Positions 51,511-62,856 of a stretch of 64,000 bases of DNA are shown here, piece after piece. This stretch comes from Macrostomum lignano (lineage: Eukaryota). The stretch lies in NCBI GenBank assembly GCA_002269645.1, contig NIVC01001088.1, positions 10,019 to 74,018 on the forward strand, given 5' to 3'. A model generated the notes under the pieces. The model had not been told where the DNA came from, searched no databases, and saw nothing but the letters and a program-made list of their open reading frames with translations. The position numbers and the translations under genes are program-made. Numbering within the stretch: the first letter of the stretch is position 1; each line of letters begins with the position of its first letter.

Positions 51511-52220
51511 ATCGAAAGAGTCACCACTCCTTGCCCGAAATAAATATTATCTGGGCTGTGTGGATCTGAGAATCGACGCTAAGGATTTGTCGTGCCCAAA
51601 ATCGCATACCTAATCTTTAACTTATTAATTGTGATGAGGACGCACTTTTTCCCAAATCCCGCGCTAGCACATGGGCTCTTAACTTACTTGCCTACTAACA
51701 GTGGGCAGTGGGCATTTTTATCCTTTTTCTGCGAATTTTCATAGAATCTATACTAGATATAATGTCTGGCCATACTAGTAGTCATAATAACATAGGCGCA
51801 GCTTTTTGGGTCATAAATCATCGCTTTCGAAGCTGATCTGACAGCCACCTGCGCCTCACTCAGTGTTGAAGCGGGCGCCAGATGGTCTGAGAGGATGCGG
51901 GCGGTAGCTTTTTTCTCATCATTTTGACAGGCCATCAAGATTTATGAGGTCAGAGCCTATTGTTCGGATTCACTCAAGCGTGTGACAGCTTTGACAGCTA
52001 TGCGTTTTACCCCTAAAAGTACCTTGGGATTAGCGATTAGCAATTTCTCTTCATTATCTTCACTTTCTATTTAATAAGAGCTTTCTAATGTATATTTTTT
52101 CATTAATTTCTGTCAATCCTACGCGAAAAGTCATAAATCATTTTGTTGCGATTTTGAGTGATTTATGGCCGCACCTGTCATCTTTTTACGACCCTGTGGG
52201 AACTGATAGGATCTCTCGGT

Positions 52221-52350
52221 CACGTGATTCTGGTAGCAACGAGCTTAGCCAATCAGAAAATTCGGCGCTCATTTTAACAAAACGGCTCAGCCAATCAGAA
52301 TCGACGTGTTCCGTTATAACAAACTGCGGTCCAGTTGGCGGCTATTTAAA
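52221..52350 (+). promoter_or_regulatory. Pol II promoter-like cluster: E-box, two CCAAT boxes, TATA-like element
   Basis: CACGTG at 52221; AGCCAATCAGAA at 52247 and 52289; TATTTAAA at 52343. Confidence 0.5.
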
Positions 52351-54081
52351 CCGGAGTTTTTGGCCCGCTCGGACGCAACAACAACCCCTTCTTCTTACTT
52401 TGGCTCGGGCCCAGCGCGCAACTTCTGGTTCCCGGAGCACGACCGTCGTTTCTTGATCCCGGATTGCAACTTCCCCCATCATCATCAAGGACGAGTCCCC
52501 CGGTCGACAGCAGCGAACATCCAGTTAAGAGCATCACCTGCTAGCTAACAGCGAAGATTGTGACAGCATCATCCCGAGTCTACAGCTGCAGAGCATCGAG
52601 CCGATTCGGCCACTGTGGAATACCTGGTCTCCGGCTGTTGAGTTTCTGATTGGTTGGGTGAGAGGCTACCTAGACTTGCTTGATTGGGTGATCCCTTTTC
52701 TGTCCCCTGTCGCAGTAGCTGAATTAGGCGCACACTTTTGCTCATTTTGTTCAGTAGTGCTGTTGCTGAGGCAGGAATCATTCAATAATACTGCTAGTAG
52801 TCTAAGACTCCAATTCAATCTAAAGTGTGAAGTGAACTAAGGAGAAGGTTAAATCTAACAGTTATCTTTGTCGGCTTTATTTCTTTGTTCGTCGATGGCT
52901 CAGATGAGTAGCTAAGCTAGTAGGCGCCGGTCACAGTGGACCAATGGCAAGGCAGTTCTCAGTCGACCAATCTAACAAATCAGTGAGCAAAACTGCCAAA
53001 AGTGCAGAATCGGCGCCAGAGATGTACTTTGTGCACTCTAGGGTAGCCAAGCGGCTCGGGTAAATGAATCATGCGGTCTCTGAAGTTCGAGTTAGTCTAT
53101 CATCAGCGCTATGAGAGGCTAGTTGGCGCGTTGAAGGCCAAAAGTACATATCTTCGTATTTAGCAATGTAATAGTACATGTAGCTACCCCATAGACTCGC
53201 CACCGCAAGAATCCCCTGCACAAGTCCCCTCTGTACCTGCATGGCCAACGCGATCTAGTCCCAGCAGTGTCCCTTATCATCGGCTATGACTTCGAGATTG
53301 ACAGCAAAAAGACACTAGTTGGCAGGTAAGTGCAAAGCCCCTTCTAGTCGGAAGCCCGATTTCGAGAGTCCCGGTGTGGTGAGCACGGGCTGGTGGCAGC
53401 AAGTTAGTTGATCTGCGGATTAGCTAATTTCTACTTTCAAAATTCTCCCTGCTCGTCTCTCGCTGTCCCTCTCTTAGCTATAGGACCTAGACTGCTCGCC
53501 ACACGATCAAGCTACCATGGGGCTGACCATCTGACAGGAGTGGGGGGCCAGGTCTCTAATTGATTTATTTCTGAGCCTGAGGCCCGAAGGCTTCCCTAAC
53601 AAGGAGCCCGAAGGTCGAAACCCATCAATTGCATGAATCAAAGCACAAACCTTTCATTTTACCATGAAAAATCGCGATTAATGCGTCGTTAGAGCAGCAT
53701 GTGAGGCACAAAATAGTGTGATTAGGACTTTCTCTGACACTGTTAAGAGACCCTATCACTGTTTTAGTGTTGAAAATCGTGAAATTCCTATCTCCGTAGT
53801 GTATTTTTCCGGTGAAACCTGCCTTTAAAACTATTTCTGAACACAAAGCTTTATAAATATCGATAGAGCAATAAGAAAGGCACAACATATCAAAAGATGA
53901 ACACTGGATCTGTCTCCTATCAAAAGCAATAACAATTTTTGTGCTGAAAAAAATTAAAACTTGATTAATGATTATGGTTAATTAATGGTTGTAATTAATG
54001 ATTAATGATTGAATTATGAGCATATGACAATAAAACGGGCGGTTTGGCTGTGAGATGTACACTAAAATAAACGCGTACGCA

Positions 54082-54438
54082 GGGGGGCCGTAGCCCAGCG
54101 GTAGCGCAGCTGCTCTGGTGTGCCAGCGACCCAGGCTCGATTCCAAGTGCAGTCACATTAATTTGGGGCTGAATTGGAATCTCGGCTTGGCTCTGCTCGT
54201 GCAATTAACGGCCTTGAGAGCCAACCCCCCAAGGCGCATTGAAGTGTACATGCCTAACGATAATATAAAGTTAGGGCCGCTGTACACTCCTGTGTGAGTG
54301 TGTGCCTGCGTACGTATCCGCGCGCTTGTATGCCTGCTCAGGGGAGTCGGCGGAATGGGCAGTAATGCCTCTCGCCGGTTGTGTGCCTATGTCGCTTAAA
54401 GTGCGCCAGGGTGCACACAACCCCCCTGCCTCTAAAAA
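54082..54438 (+). mobile_element. Complete tRNA-derived SINE with A tail and 13-bp TSD
   Basis: A-box TAGCCCAGCGG (54091) and B-box-like GGCTCGATTCC (54134). TSD AAACGCGTACGCA at 54069-54081 and 54439-54451. Short A-run at the 3' end. Second copy at 34475. Confidence 0.88.
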
Positions 54439-54953
54439 AAACGCGTACGCACATGATAAAAATTTGCAAGTCATATTTGATGAGCACGAGATGAATGTAC
54501 ATAGCTCAATGTACGTAACTTTTCCTGCTTTCTACTTTTATACAAATCCACAAAGTCTCTACCTAACCTCTAACTCTGATATTTCCCCCGGTTTAAAGCT
54601 ACTAACAGCTGTATAGTGTAATTTCGGCAAAACTGCTGTCGCAAATTTTCATATTGTGAAGTAGTGGATAGATGCATAAATATATCTTTATTGCATTCAT
54701 TGTCTATGGTTTGAACTTGAACTTTTCAAAAAAAGTACTCAACAAAAATACTATATAATGTTTTATGGTCTACCGAGCCTCACTGTTTATTTTGTCTATG
54801 GTCAAAAGTAGGCGCACAAATATAGGCCTATGGTTACGGCTGCTTGAGTCTGTGTAGCCACTAAAAGAGAAAGCAGCCATCTAGAAGTGAATTCGGCAAT
54901 TTGACTCAGTTTTTTTTGCACAAGGAGCAGCCCGCCTTAAGCCTTCGCCGGAA

Positions 54954-55385
54954 ATGTTCAATAACGCTTGCAGCGCTGACTGGCAACAGCAGCAGCAGCA
55001 ACAGGATCTGGTCAGCGTGAACTGGAAAGACTGCATCCACCGTTGGAAGCGAAGCCGCGAAAAGTGGCGCTCCGAGGCCCTGCGCCTGCAGAAGCAGCTC
55101 TGCGACATGACTCGCAGCGCCAACCATTGGCGCCAACAGACCGGCATAGTGCAGGCCGAATTAGCAAAAGCGAGAGGCGCCCTAATCGGCTGGCGCACAG
55201 AGGCGCTGAGAACGCGCGAACTGGTGCGCCAGTGGAAAGCGGAAGCCATCAGATGGCGGGAGCAGGCGCGCGAATGGAAACGACGCTGCTGCGAGCTGAT
55301 GGATCAGCGAGACGATCAACAGATTGCGCAACTATGCCACGACAGGTACAGCTGCGGCTACAGCCGCTGCGGCGACTACTGCTGA
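54954..55385 (+). CDS. Orphan 143-aa coiled-coil protein with Trp at every seventh-register position
   Basis: GC-rich, non-repetitive ORF with ATG and stop, set in AT-rich flanks. All 9 Trp are in one heptad position and small or hydrophobic residues occupy the +4 position. No family recognised. Confidence 0.68.
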   Translation: MFNNACSADWQQQQQQQDLVSVNWKDCIHRWKRSREKWRSEALRLQKQLCDMTRSANHWRQQTGIVQAELAKARGALIGWRTEALRTRELVRQWKAEAIRWREQAREWKRRCCELMDQRDDQQIAQLCHDRYSCGYSRCGDYC

Positions 55386-55784
55386 TGATGACTGACGCTG
55401 CCATCTACCATGTACACATTTTTCACCAAACTGTACAGCCGCAGCGCAATTTGTTGGCGATGTAAAACACACACAGACGACGCTCATTTAACTGTCAGAA
55501 ACCTGAAGTGTCGAGACATTTTTTCAATCCGATTTTTTCTTCCTTGTAAAAATTTTCGAAATGAAGTTGCTGAGTTTTTTCATTTTTCTATTTTGCTCAG
55601 CTGCATTCACTGCAGAATGTCATTTTTCCTGTTCATAACAGCAGCAGGAAGCAAAATACACACGCGCCAACTCAATGGATTGGTCCATTTTTTTCTGTAC
55701 GAACGATGAAGTTTGATAGCATTTGTAGCCGTATTGCTTAATCTTAAGGATTTACCATATGACAAAAAAGTGCAACTACCCGAT

Positions 55785-57160
55785 TTAAGAAGTGGCAACC
55801 CATCAGGAGGAGTAAAAACCCATCGAAAGGAGCGATAGCCCATCGGGAGGAGCGATAAACCACCGGGAGGAGCGATAACCCACCGGGAGGAGCGATAACC
55901 CACCGGGAGGAGCGATAACCCACCGGGAGGAGCGATAACCCACCGGGAGGAGCGATAAACCACCGGGAGGAACGATAACCCATCGGTAGGAGTGACAACC
56001 CATCGGGAGGAGTGACAACCCATCGGGAGGAATGATAACCCATCGGGAGGAGCGATAACCCATCGGGAGGAGTGACAACCCATCAGGAGGAACGATAACC
56101 CATCGGGAGGAACGATAACCCATCGGGAGGAGCGATAACCCATCGGGAGGAGCGATAACCCATCGGGAGGAGCGATAACCCATTGGGAGGAGCGATAACC
56201 CATCGGGAGGAGCGATAACCCATCGGGAGGAACGATAACCCATCGGGAGGAGCGATAACCCATCGGGAGGAGCGATAACCCATCGGGAGGAGTGACAACC
56301 CATCGGGAAGAGTGACAACCCATCGGGAGGAACGATAACCCATCGGGAGGAGCGATAACCCATCGGGAGGAGTGACAACCCATCGGAGGAGTGACAACCC
56401 ATCGGGAGGAGCGATAACCCATCGGGAGGAGTGACAACCCATCGGGAGGAGTGACAACCCATCGGGAGGAGAGACAACCCATCGGGAGGAGTGACAACCC
56501 ATCGGGAGGAGAGACAACCCATCGGGAAGAGTGACAACCCATCGGGAGGAACGATAACCCATCGGGAGGAGCGATAACCCATCGGGAGGAGTGACAACCC
56601 ATCGGGAGGAGTGACAACCCATCGGGAGGAGTGACAACCCATCGGGAGGAGTGACAACCCATCGGGAGGAGTGACAACCCATCGGGAGGAGTGACAACCC
56701 ATCGGGAGGAACGATAACCCATCGGGAGGAGCGATAACCCATCGGGAGGAGTGACAACCCATCGGGAGGAGTGACAACCCATCGGGAGGAGTGACAACCC
56801 ATCGGGAGGAGTGACAACCCATCGGGAGGAGTGACAACCCATCGGGAGGAGTGACAACCCATCGGGAGGAGTGACAACCCATCGGGAGGAGTGACAACCC
56901 ATCGGGAGGAGTGACAACCCATCGGGAGGAGTGACAACCCATCGGGAGGAGTGACAACCCATCGGGAGGAGTGACAACCCATCGGGAGGAGTGACAACCC
57001 ATCGGGAGGAGAGACAACCCATCGGGAGGAGTGACAACCCATCGGGAGGAGTGACAACCCATCGGAGGAGTGACAACCCATCGGGAGGAGTGACAACCCA
57101 TCGGGAGGAGTGACAACCCATCGGGAGGAGTGACAACCCATCTAGAGGAGTGGCAAATGG
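55785..57160. repeat. 20-bp minisatellite, array 3: GGGAGGAGTGACAACCCATC / GGGAGGAGCGATAACCCATC
   Basis: About 68 units. Confidence 0.96.
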
Positions 57161-57624
57161 AGTTTTACTCCATCAGGAGTGTCAAAATAATATAGGAATT
57201 GGTATAGTCTCACTTGTTAATTTATACAGTGCTGAAGGGTCAGAGGTATATAATTTATCAGTAAAATAAACTGAACCGCTTGTACATGTAGCTTGAGTTA
57301 TAACATTTCACAAAGCGTGTATGATTTTTAGTAGTTTGTCATATTTCCATTTTAAAGAACAATTACATGCACGAGGAAGACAGCCGAGTGCAGACATCGT
57401 CAAGTGCGATTTCACAGTACTGCTCTTTCTTTGCTAGCGTATATTTAATTTGTCCGAATAAAGTAATCTCAATACGTCGTAAGTAAAGGTAGGCAGATAC
57501 AGGGGTCGGCAAACTCCGGCCCGCTAAAATTTGAAATTTCATCATGCGAGTTGCAAACTGGCTTGCTCAAGGTTTGTGATTCTTCTCAGCGCTCTCTCTC
57601 TAATCTCCTATCTTCTCTTAAATC

Positions 57625-57890
57625 TCCTCTCCTCTCCCCTCCTCTCCTCTCCTCTGCTCTGCTCTCGTCCTCTCCTTTCCTCCTCTCTGCTCTCCTCTCC
57701 TCTCCTCTCCTCTCCTCTCCTCTCCTCTCCTCTCCTCTCCTCTCCTCTCCTCTCCTCTCCTCTCCTCTCCTCTCCTCTCCTCTCCTCTCCTCTCATCTGC
57801 TCTCCTCTCCTCTCATCTGCTCTCCTCTCCTCTCCTCTCCTCTGCTCTCCTCTGCTCTTCCCCCTCAACCTTTCCTCTCTTCCCTCTTCT
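57625..57890. repeat. (CTCCT)n microsatellite
   Basis: Visible directly. Confidence 0.95.
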
Positions 57891-58017
57891 GACCCGCACT
57901 CATGCTGCATTAGATTCCCTATTTTGGCCCACGAGATATAAAAGGTTTACCGACCCCTGAGATAGACGGATACAAGCACATTCAAGTTTTTCTAAATTTC
58001 AGATATGTTTGTCTCGA

Positions 58018-59350
58018 TCAGCCACGGACAAAGAAATCGCCGCTGCTGGCACTGCTGAGAGCGAGCGGGACTACGGCATACTCCAGCAGGTGGCACTGGC
58101 CCTGCTGCTGGCTGAAGATCACCGCCTGACAGGCGGCGCCTTGGAGGACGCACATGAACACGCACTCGCTTCGATTAGGGGCGCTGAGGGTGGAGAATTC
58201 TGACGCATTTGGTCTGTCGATGCTGACCAAGGTTCGGTTTCCAAGGACAAACAAGTTCTCATCTGCAATACGGGGGGGCATTGTGTTGAACGACTTCTGT
58301 GCGTCTCTAACCATGGACCACAGGCTTAAGCCCTCAGCTGCATGTAGATGCATCCAAAACCAACCTCTTTGCAATATTAATACATTACCCTCAATTACCC
58401 CAGCTAATGCTGGCACCCATTTTACAGCTGGGTGAACTGAAGCAATGCAGAATTGAGTGTCTCGCTCAATGGCACAAAATTGTTCCGAGTGGATCGGGAA
58501 TCGAACCTCCGACCTTACAGTCGTGAGTCCGACGCTCGAATCACTAGCCTACAACCTCTACCTACTTGAAAGGGCTTGAAAATAATTGATAAATAGTTGC
58601 AAGTCTGATTTTCAACTCGTCATATCATCGGAGCTCTGCCTGTACACTAAAGCTCAATCTCTTAGCCTTTAACTATAGCTTCCTGTAATCACCATGAACA
58701 ACTTGTTTAGTTGTTTAGTGCTTAGTACGCTTAGTACCTAGTACGCCTTGTTTAGTACGCTCTAGAGCGGTGAATGGGCTTTCACCATAGACAAAATTGG
58801 TCATGAGAAAATCCGATTTCTATAGAGAGTATACGACATGCTTATTTCTAAGAAACTACTAATCCTACTGTTAGGATTATGCTCGGTAGCTACCCAGAAA
58901 TAAATTCCTGTAAACTTACTGCCAGCATATGTCAATTTTAGCACTCGATTTCGGTAAGGACCACCACAGTTTTGAGTCCTGTTACCGGCGCAGGTGTCCC
59001 AGCATTCCCAGTCAGGAGCCGCGCTCTGCGAGCCGTAGGAGTTGCCGCAGCTGCACCAGTTTTCGCCTTGAAGCGTCATAAACTTGAAGCCGCCAAGTGA
59101 GCAGATGGTGCCGCACAGCTCATGAGTCATTTGCCAACTCGACACGAAAACGTAACTTACATCAGTACCGTCAGGCCGTATGTGTGTAACGGCCAACCCG
59201 TGTCAGGCCCAGGTTTTTCAGTTTGCATATATCTCTCACACCATTCGTGTAGTCAACAAAGCAGCCGAGATCCGTGGTCTGAAACTGCCGACAAAGAGTG
59301 ACGCAGATCAGGCTGCTCAGGATCGGGAAAATTCTATGGAGCGCCATCAT
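58018..59350 (-). CDS. Small secreted WSC-domain protein with a C-terminal PAN/apple-like domain. Exons 59350-58920 (frameshift near 59190) and 58199-58018
   Basis: Signal peptide MMALHRIFPILSSLICVTLC. WSC motifs LGCFVD..RD, MTHELCGTIC..LQGENWCSCGN..CWDTCAGNRTQNCGGPYRNRV. Phase-1 junction A|gtaagt..cag|AA. Exon 2 CVFMCV..CQAVIFS..CHLL. Confidence 0.75.
58330..58557 (-). mobile_element. tRNA-derived CORE-type SINE in the WSC gene intron (3' boundary uncertain)
   Basis: Minus strand: B-box GGTTCGATTCCC (58507-58496), then GTGCCATTGAGCGAGACACTCAATTCTGCATTGCTTCAGTTCACCCAGCTGTAAAATGGGT, resembling the MIR/CORE domain as recalled. Confidence 0.7.
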
Positions 59351-61467
59351 GGCCAAAGCTTGAATCAGATCAGAATTCGAGAAATTTGCAGAGCCCGTTC
59401 GATTCTTAATGGATTTTTTATATTGCATTTTAAATTGAAATTGTCTTTTCGCCTGTCGTTTTGGTCCACACGGCTGGGTGAATACTGATTAAAATCCATT
59501 ATCAATCGAGAAACCTTTTTGACTCAAAGCTGTCGATTTTGCAAAAACGAAAAAAGCATTTTTCAATTTTCGCAAACCTCACTGAGTTGATTTAGACGGC
59601 TATGGTGAAAAGGGTTTTTCATTCGTATCTAGGAAATATGATTTATAAAGTAAGTGCTGTAACCACGGCCTTGGCGTCTGAGTGCCTCGTCAATTAGACG
59701 GCTGCCTTGCCCCCCCCCTGGGCTCTTGTTCTCTCTAGTACACAAGATATGTGACTTGTGACCCTTGGTCGAGTGCGGCTTCTCCTGCCTCCTAGCACTG
59801 TCCACTATCACTATTATTCTATCACTCCCCTTCACCTCCATGTAAATCCCTTTATCCTCCCTATTTATTGCATCTGTGTCTCTCCCCTCGCTGTACTGTC
59901 TCATCTCTTTGCTTGCTGCACCCTTTTGCCTCTGTTACATGTGCTATGCATCCTAATACTCGTAATGCTATAATATCTTTTTACTCGAAGAAATATATTC
60001 AATACATTTAACAACGTTTTCTCGATAGCCCGCGCCGCAGTAATATGCACGCCTAGCTTGCTTAGCTTAATTCTCACGTATCATCAAATCCAATGCGCAA
60101 CTCTGACCCCTATGTCCCCAAGCTTTTCCCACCTGTTAAGTAATCCCCTATCATAAATCATTTTCGCCGCTGTGCCCCACCCCAATTTCTCATCCAATCA
60201 CAGCGAGACGTCATCAGGGTTTTTTAGTAACAGAGGTAGGAGCCCGTTTTGAGTCCTGAGCATTAAACCGTTCTTTCTTCACTTTCCTTCAATCGGACCT
60301 GTACTCGTTTTACTGTTTCCGCCCCAATTGTGCTGTTTAGTTTGTTTTCCCGCGAGACCGGACTCCGTACCCGAACCGCGGCGATCACCCCTAAGACTAA
60401 TTTAATTTCCTCCGAATACTTTCATTATTGCTCCTAGATCCTCAGGAGCTCCCCAATAGACATTCGCTAACTGTCCTTCTTCCTCTTCCCTATCTGTTGC
60501 CCACCAGTCTGGCTGACGCCCACCCCATTCCGAGACTTCCTGAATCATCCAGCGGCCACCGTGACCATCTGACGACTACTGTGCCCAAGCAGCCCTGCCC
60601 GTCAGCCGTGTCTGTTAAGTTATTTTCCTCCCTTCCTTGCGCTGTCTTTGAGTATCCTTAGTCAGGTCGTCTCCACCCCCCATTGCTCACCATTTTCTAA
60701 TATTCCTCACAGTCTGCTTGACCGGGAGTCCCGTACGTCTCATCGTTAGTGTTTTTACGGCGCGGGTGTATATGTACTCCTGCACAGGTGACTGGTGGCG
60801 GCCAGGCTTCTGACGTGTACTTTCAAAAAACTATGGGGTCCGCTGTCCAAATTAGGTATCTTGTTGGCCGCGCAACGTCGTCAGCTACCGCACCATCCAG
60901 ACATGGACAAAGTCTAGGGGACGAGGCCTGGTGGCTGTACTTTTCAGCGCCAAAGCCCAGGGATTTGCAGGTATTCTCATGCAGCTCGGGTTACGTCAGC
61001 TACATGTAGTATAATGACAGTAGTGAATCATAATTATGATTCAGAGTTTACACATGCTGAATGTAATATTGAAAAGAATCCGACACCTACAGACAAAAAC
61101 ATACATCAATGCTGATGAATGATGATATAATAAGGGCCTATAGCCAAGCTTAGACCAGAACACTTAGCTACTCAAGGCAGCTTCGTCGTTAGATGGTAGG
61201 ACGAGTAAAAGTAAAAAAGAATCAACAACTTATCATGCTTGTTCAAGTTTAGAGAAAAGTTTCCTGACTTTGATCAATATTCACAGATAAGCTTGAAATA
61301 AAATGAATTCACCAGTTGTGCTTTCGTTGGACTATCTACGCGGCTTATTGAAGCGTATCGCTTCCTTATATCGAATTTGATTCTTAGAATTATAGTTAGC
61401 TACTCGAAAAATAGTTAGTTAGTAGTTAGTAAATAAAGGTAAATATCAACATGAAGTATTATTTGAG

Positions 61468-61515
61468 TTGCCGATGCATTTCGTCCATTTGCATTAGGAC
61501 ATCGTCAGGGTCTTT
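61468..61515 (-). ncRNA. Minimal type I hammerhead ribozyme motif in the Penelope pseudo-LTR
   Basis: GACC-CTGACGA-T-GTCC(TAATGCAAAT)GGAC-GAAA-TGCA-TC-GG: full core, 4-bp stem II, palindromic mini stem III, AUC cleavage triplet, short stem I. Confidence 0.72.
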
Positions 61516-62807
61516 TTATTGAGAAACAATTTGAACGAATATTCAGTATATATAGATAGTTGAGAGTAACAAGAGTAGTTGAATTGATTTTTAATTGATG
61601 GTTTAAAACTTGTACATAGTAATCAATTTTTGATACAGTATTGGTTGGGTAAAGTGCATATCAGTTTCAAGCCAGTCCGGTCATTGACAAATCAGCTAAA
61701 AAATTCTGAGTTGACGGCTAGCCCACCCATCGCAAGTTGGTTATTTAACGTGGGCTGTTTGGTCTTAATGTACAGGGCTTCTAATAGGCAGAGCATGTGA
61801 TCTCTATTACAAAAATCAATAGCCTTAATCATTTCGTGGTGTCAGCCTCACAACAAGAATTGCAGGTTAGCAGGTGTTCGTTAATAGCAGAGTTTTTTAG
61901 CCAGTGCTCTCTGACCCTCGTGTATAAGTGTCGTTTAGTTTTTCCTATGTAGGAGATGCTCTGGTCCTCAGAGCAAACAAATTTATACACGACACCAGCC
62001 GCGAGAGGACGTGGAACACTGGATTTCAACTTGCAGACAAACTTAGCAATCTTTTCGGTGCGAAACACAACACGGATTTGAGTGTTTAAGTCTTTACGGA
62101 GCAGCTTTTCTAACTTCTTTTAAACTCTATAGAACAAACACCAAAGTAAGGCAAAGTGATCAAGGGACATTCAGAGGTGGAATCACGAACTTTCATCCGA
62201 TTAGGTTCAGTCAGTTTGTCATTGAGAAAAGAGTTGACAATTTTCATCACCAAGTTCTTAGGATAGCCATTGTAGAAAAGAGTTGACAATTTTCATCACA
62301 AAGTTCTTAGGATAGCCATTGTAGGATAGCCATTGTAGCTCTACATTGTTTCCTATGTAGAGCATCTCCTACATAGGAAAAACTAAACGACACTTATACA
62401 CGAGGGTCAGAGAGCACTGGCTAAAAAACTCTGCTATTAACGAACACCTGCTAACCTGCAATTCTTGTTGTGAGGCTGAACCACACGAAATGATAAAGGC
62501 TATTGATTTTTGTAATAGAGATCACATGCTCTGCCTATTAGAAGCCCTGTACATTAAGACCAAACAGCCCACGTTAAATAACCAACTTGCGATGGGTGGG
62601 GCTAGCCGTCAACTCAGAATTTTTTAGCTGATTTGTCAATGACCGGACTGGCTTGAAACTGATATGCACTTTACCCAACCAATACTGTATCAAAAATTGA
62701 TTACTATGTACAAGTTTTAAACCATCAATTAAAAACTCAATTCAACTACTCTTGTTACTCTCAACTATCTATATATACTGAATATTCGTTCAATTGTTTC
62801 TCAATAA

Positions 62808-62856
62808 AAAGACCCTGACGATGTCCTAATGCAAATGGACGAAATGCATCGCCAAC
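62808..62856 (+). ncRNA. Second hammerhead motif in the inverted copy; stem I weakened (GG to GC after the cleavage site)
   Basis: CTGACGA 62815-62821, GTCC/GGAC stem II, GAAA 62841-62844, TGCATC. Confidence 0.62.

Noticed and set aside
53575-53625. Hammerhead-like relic (..GAGCCCGAAGGTCGAAAC)
   Set aside because: The CUGANGA core is absent (CTAACAA).
54082-54155. tRNA gene
   Set aside because: No proper cloverleaf or T-run terminator; it continues into a repeat body with TSD, so it is a SINE head.
12403-57141. Long periodic ORFs (12403-13143, 20888-21675, 22737-23856, 26262-27122, 41547-43138, 50916-51613, 55607-57141)
   Set aside because: Stop-free tandem repeats that are open in several frames and on both strands; no unique coding signal.
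58009-58435. Plus-strand ORFs 58009-58203 and 58154-58435
   Set aside because: Antisense shadows of the WSC gene last exon and the SINE.
59658-60800. Possible solo LTR (TGTAAC start, CCAAT + CRE-like at about 60185-60215, ATTAAA at about 60263, TGGTGGCGG at about 60793)
   Set aside because: No matching CA terminus, TSD or partner copy found; left unannotated.
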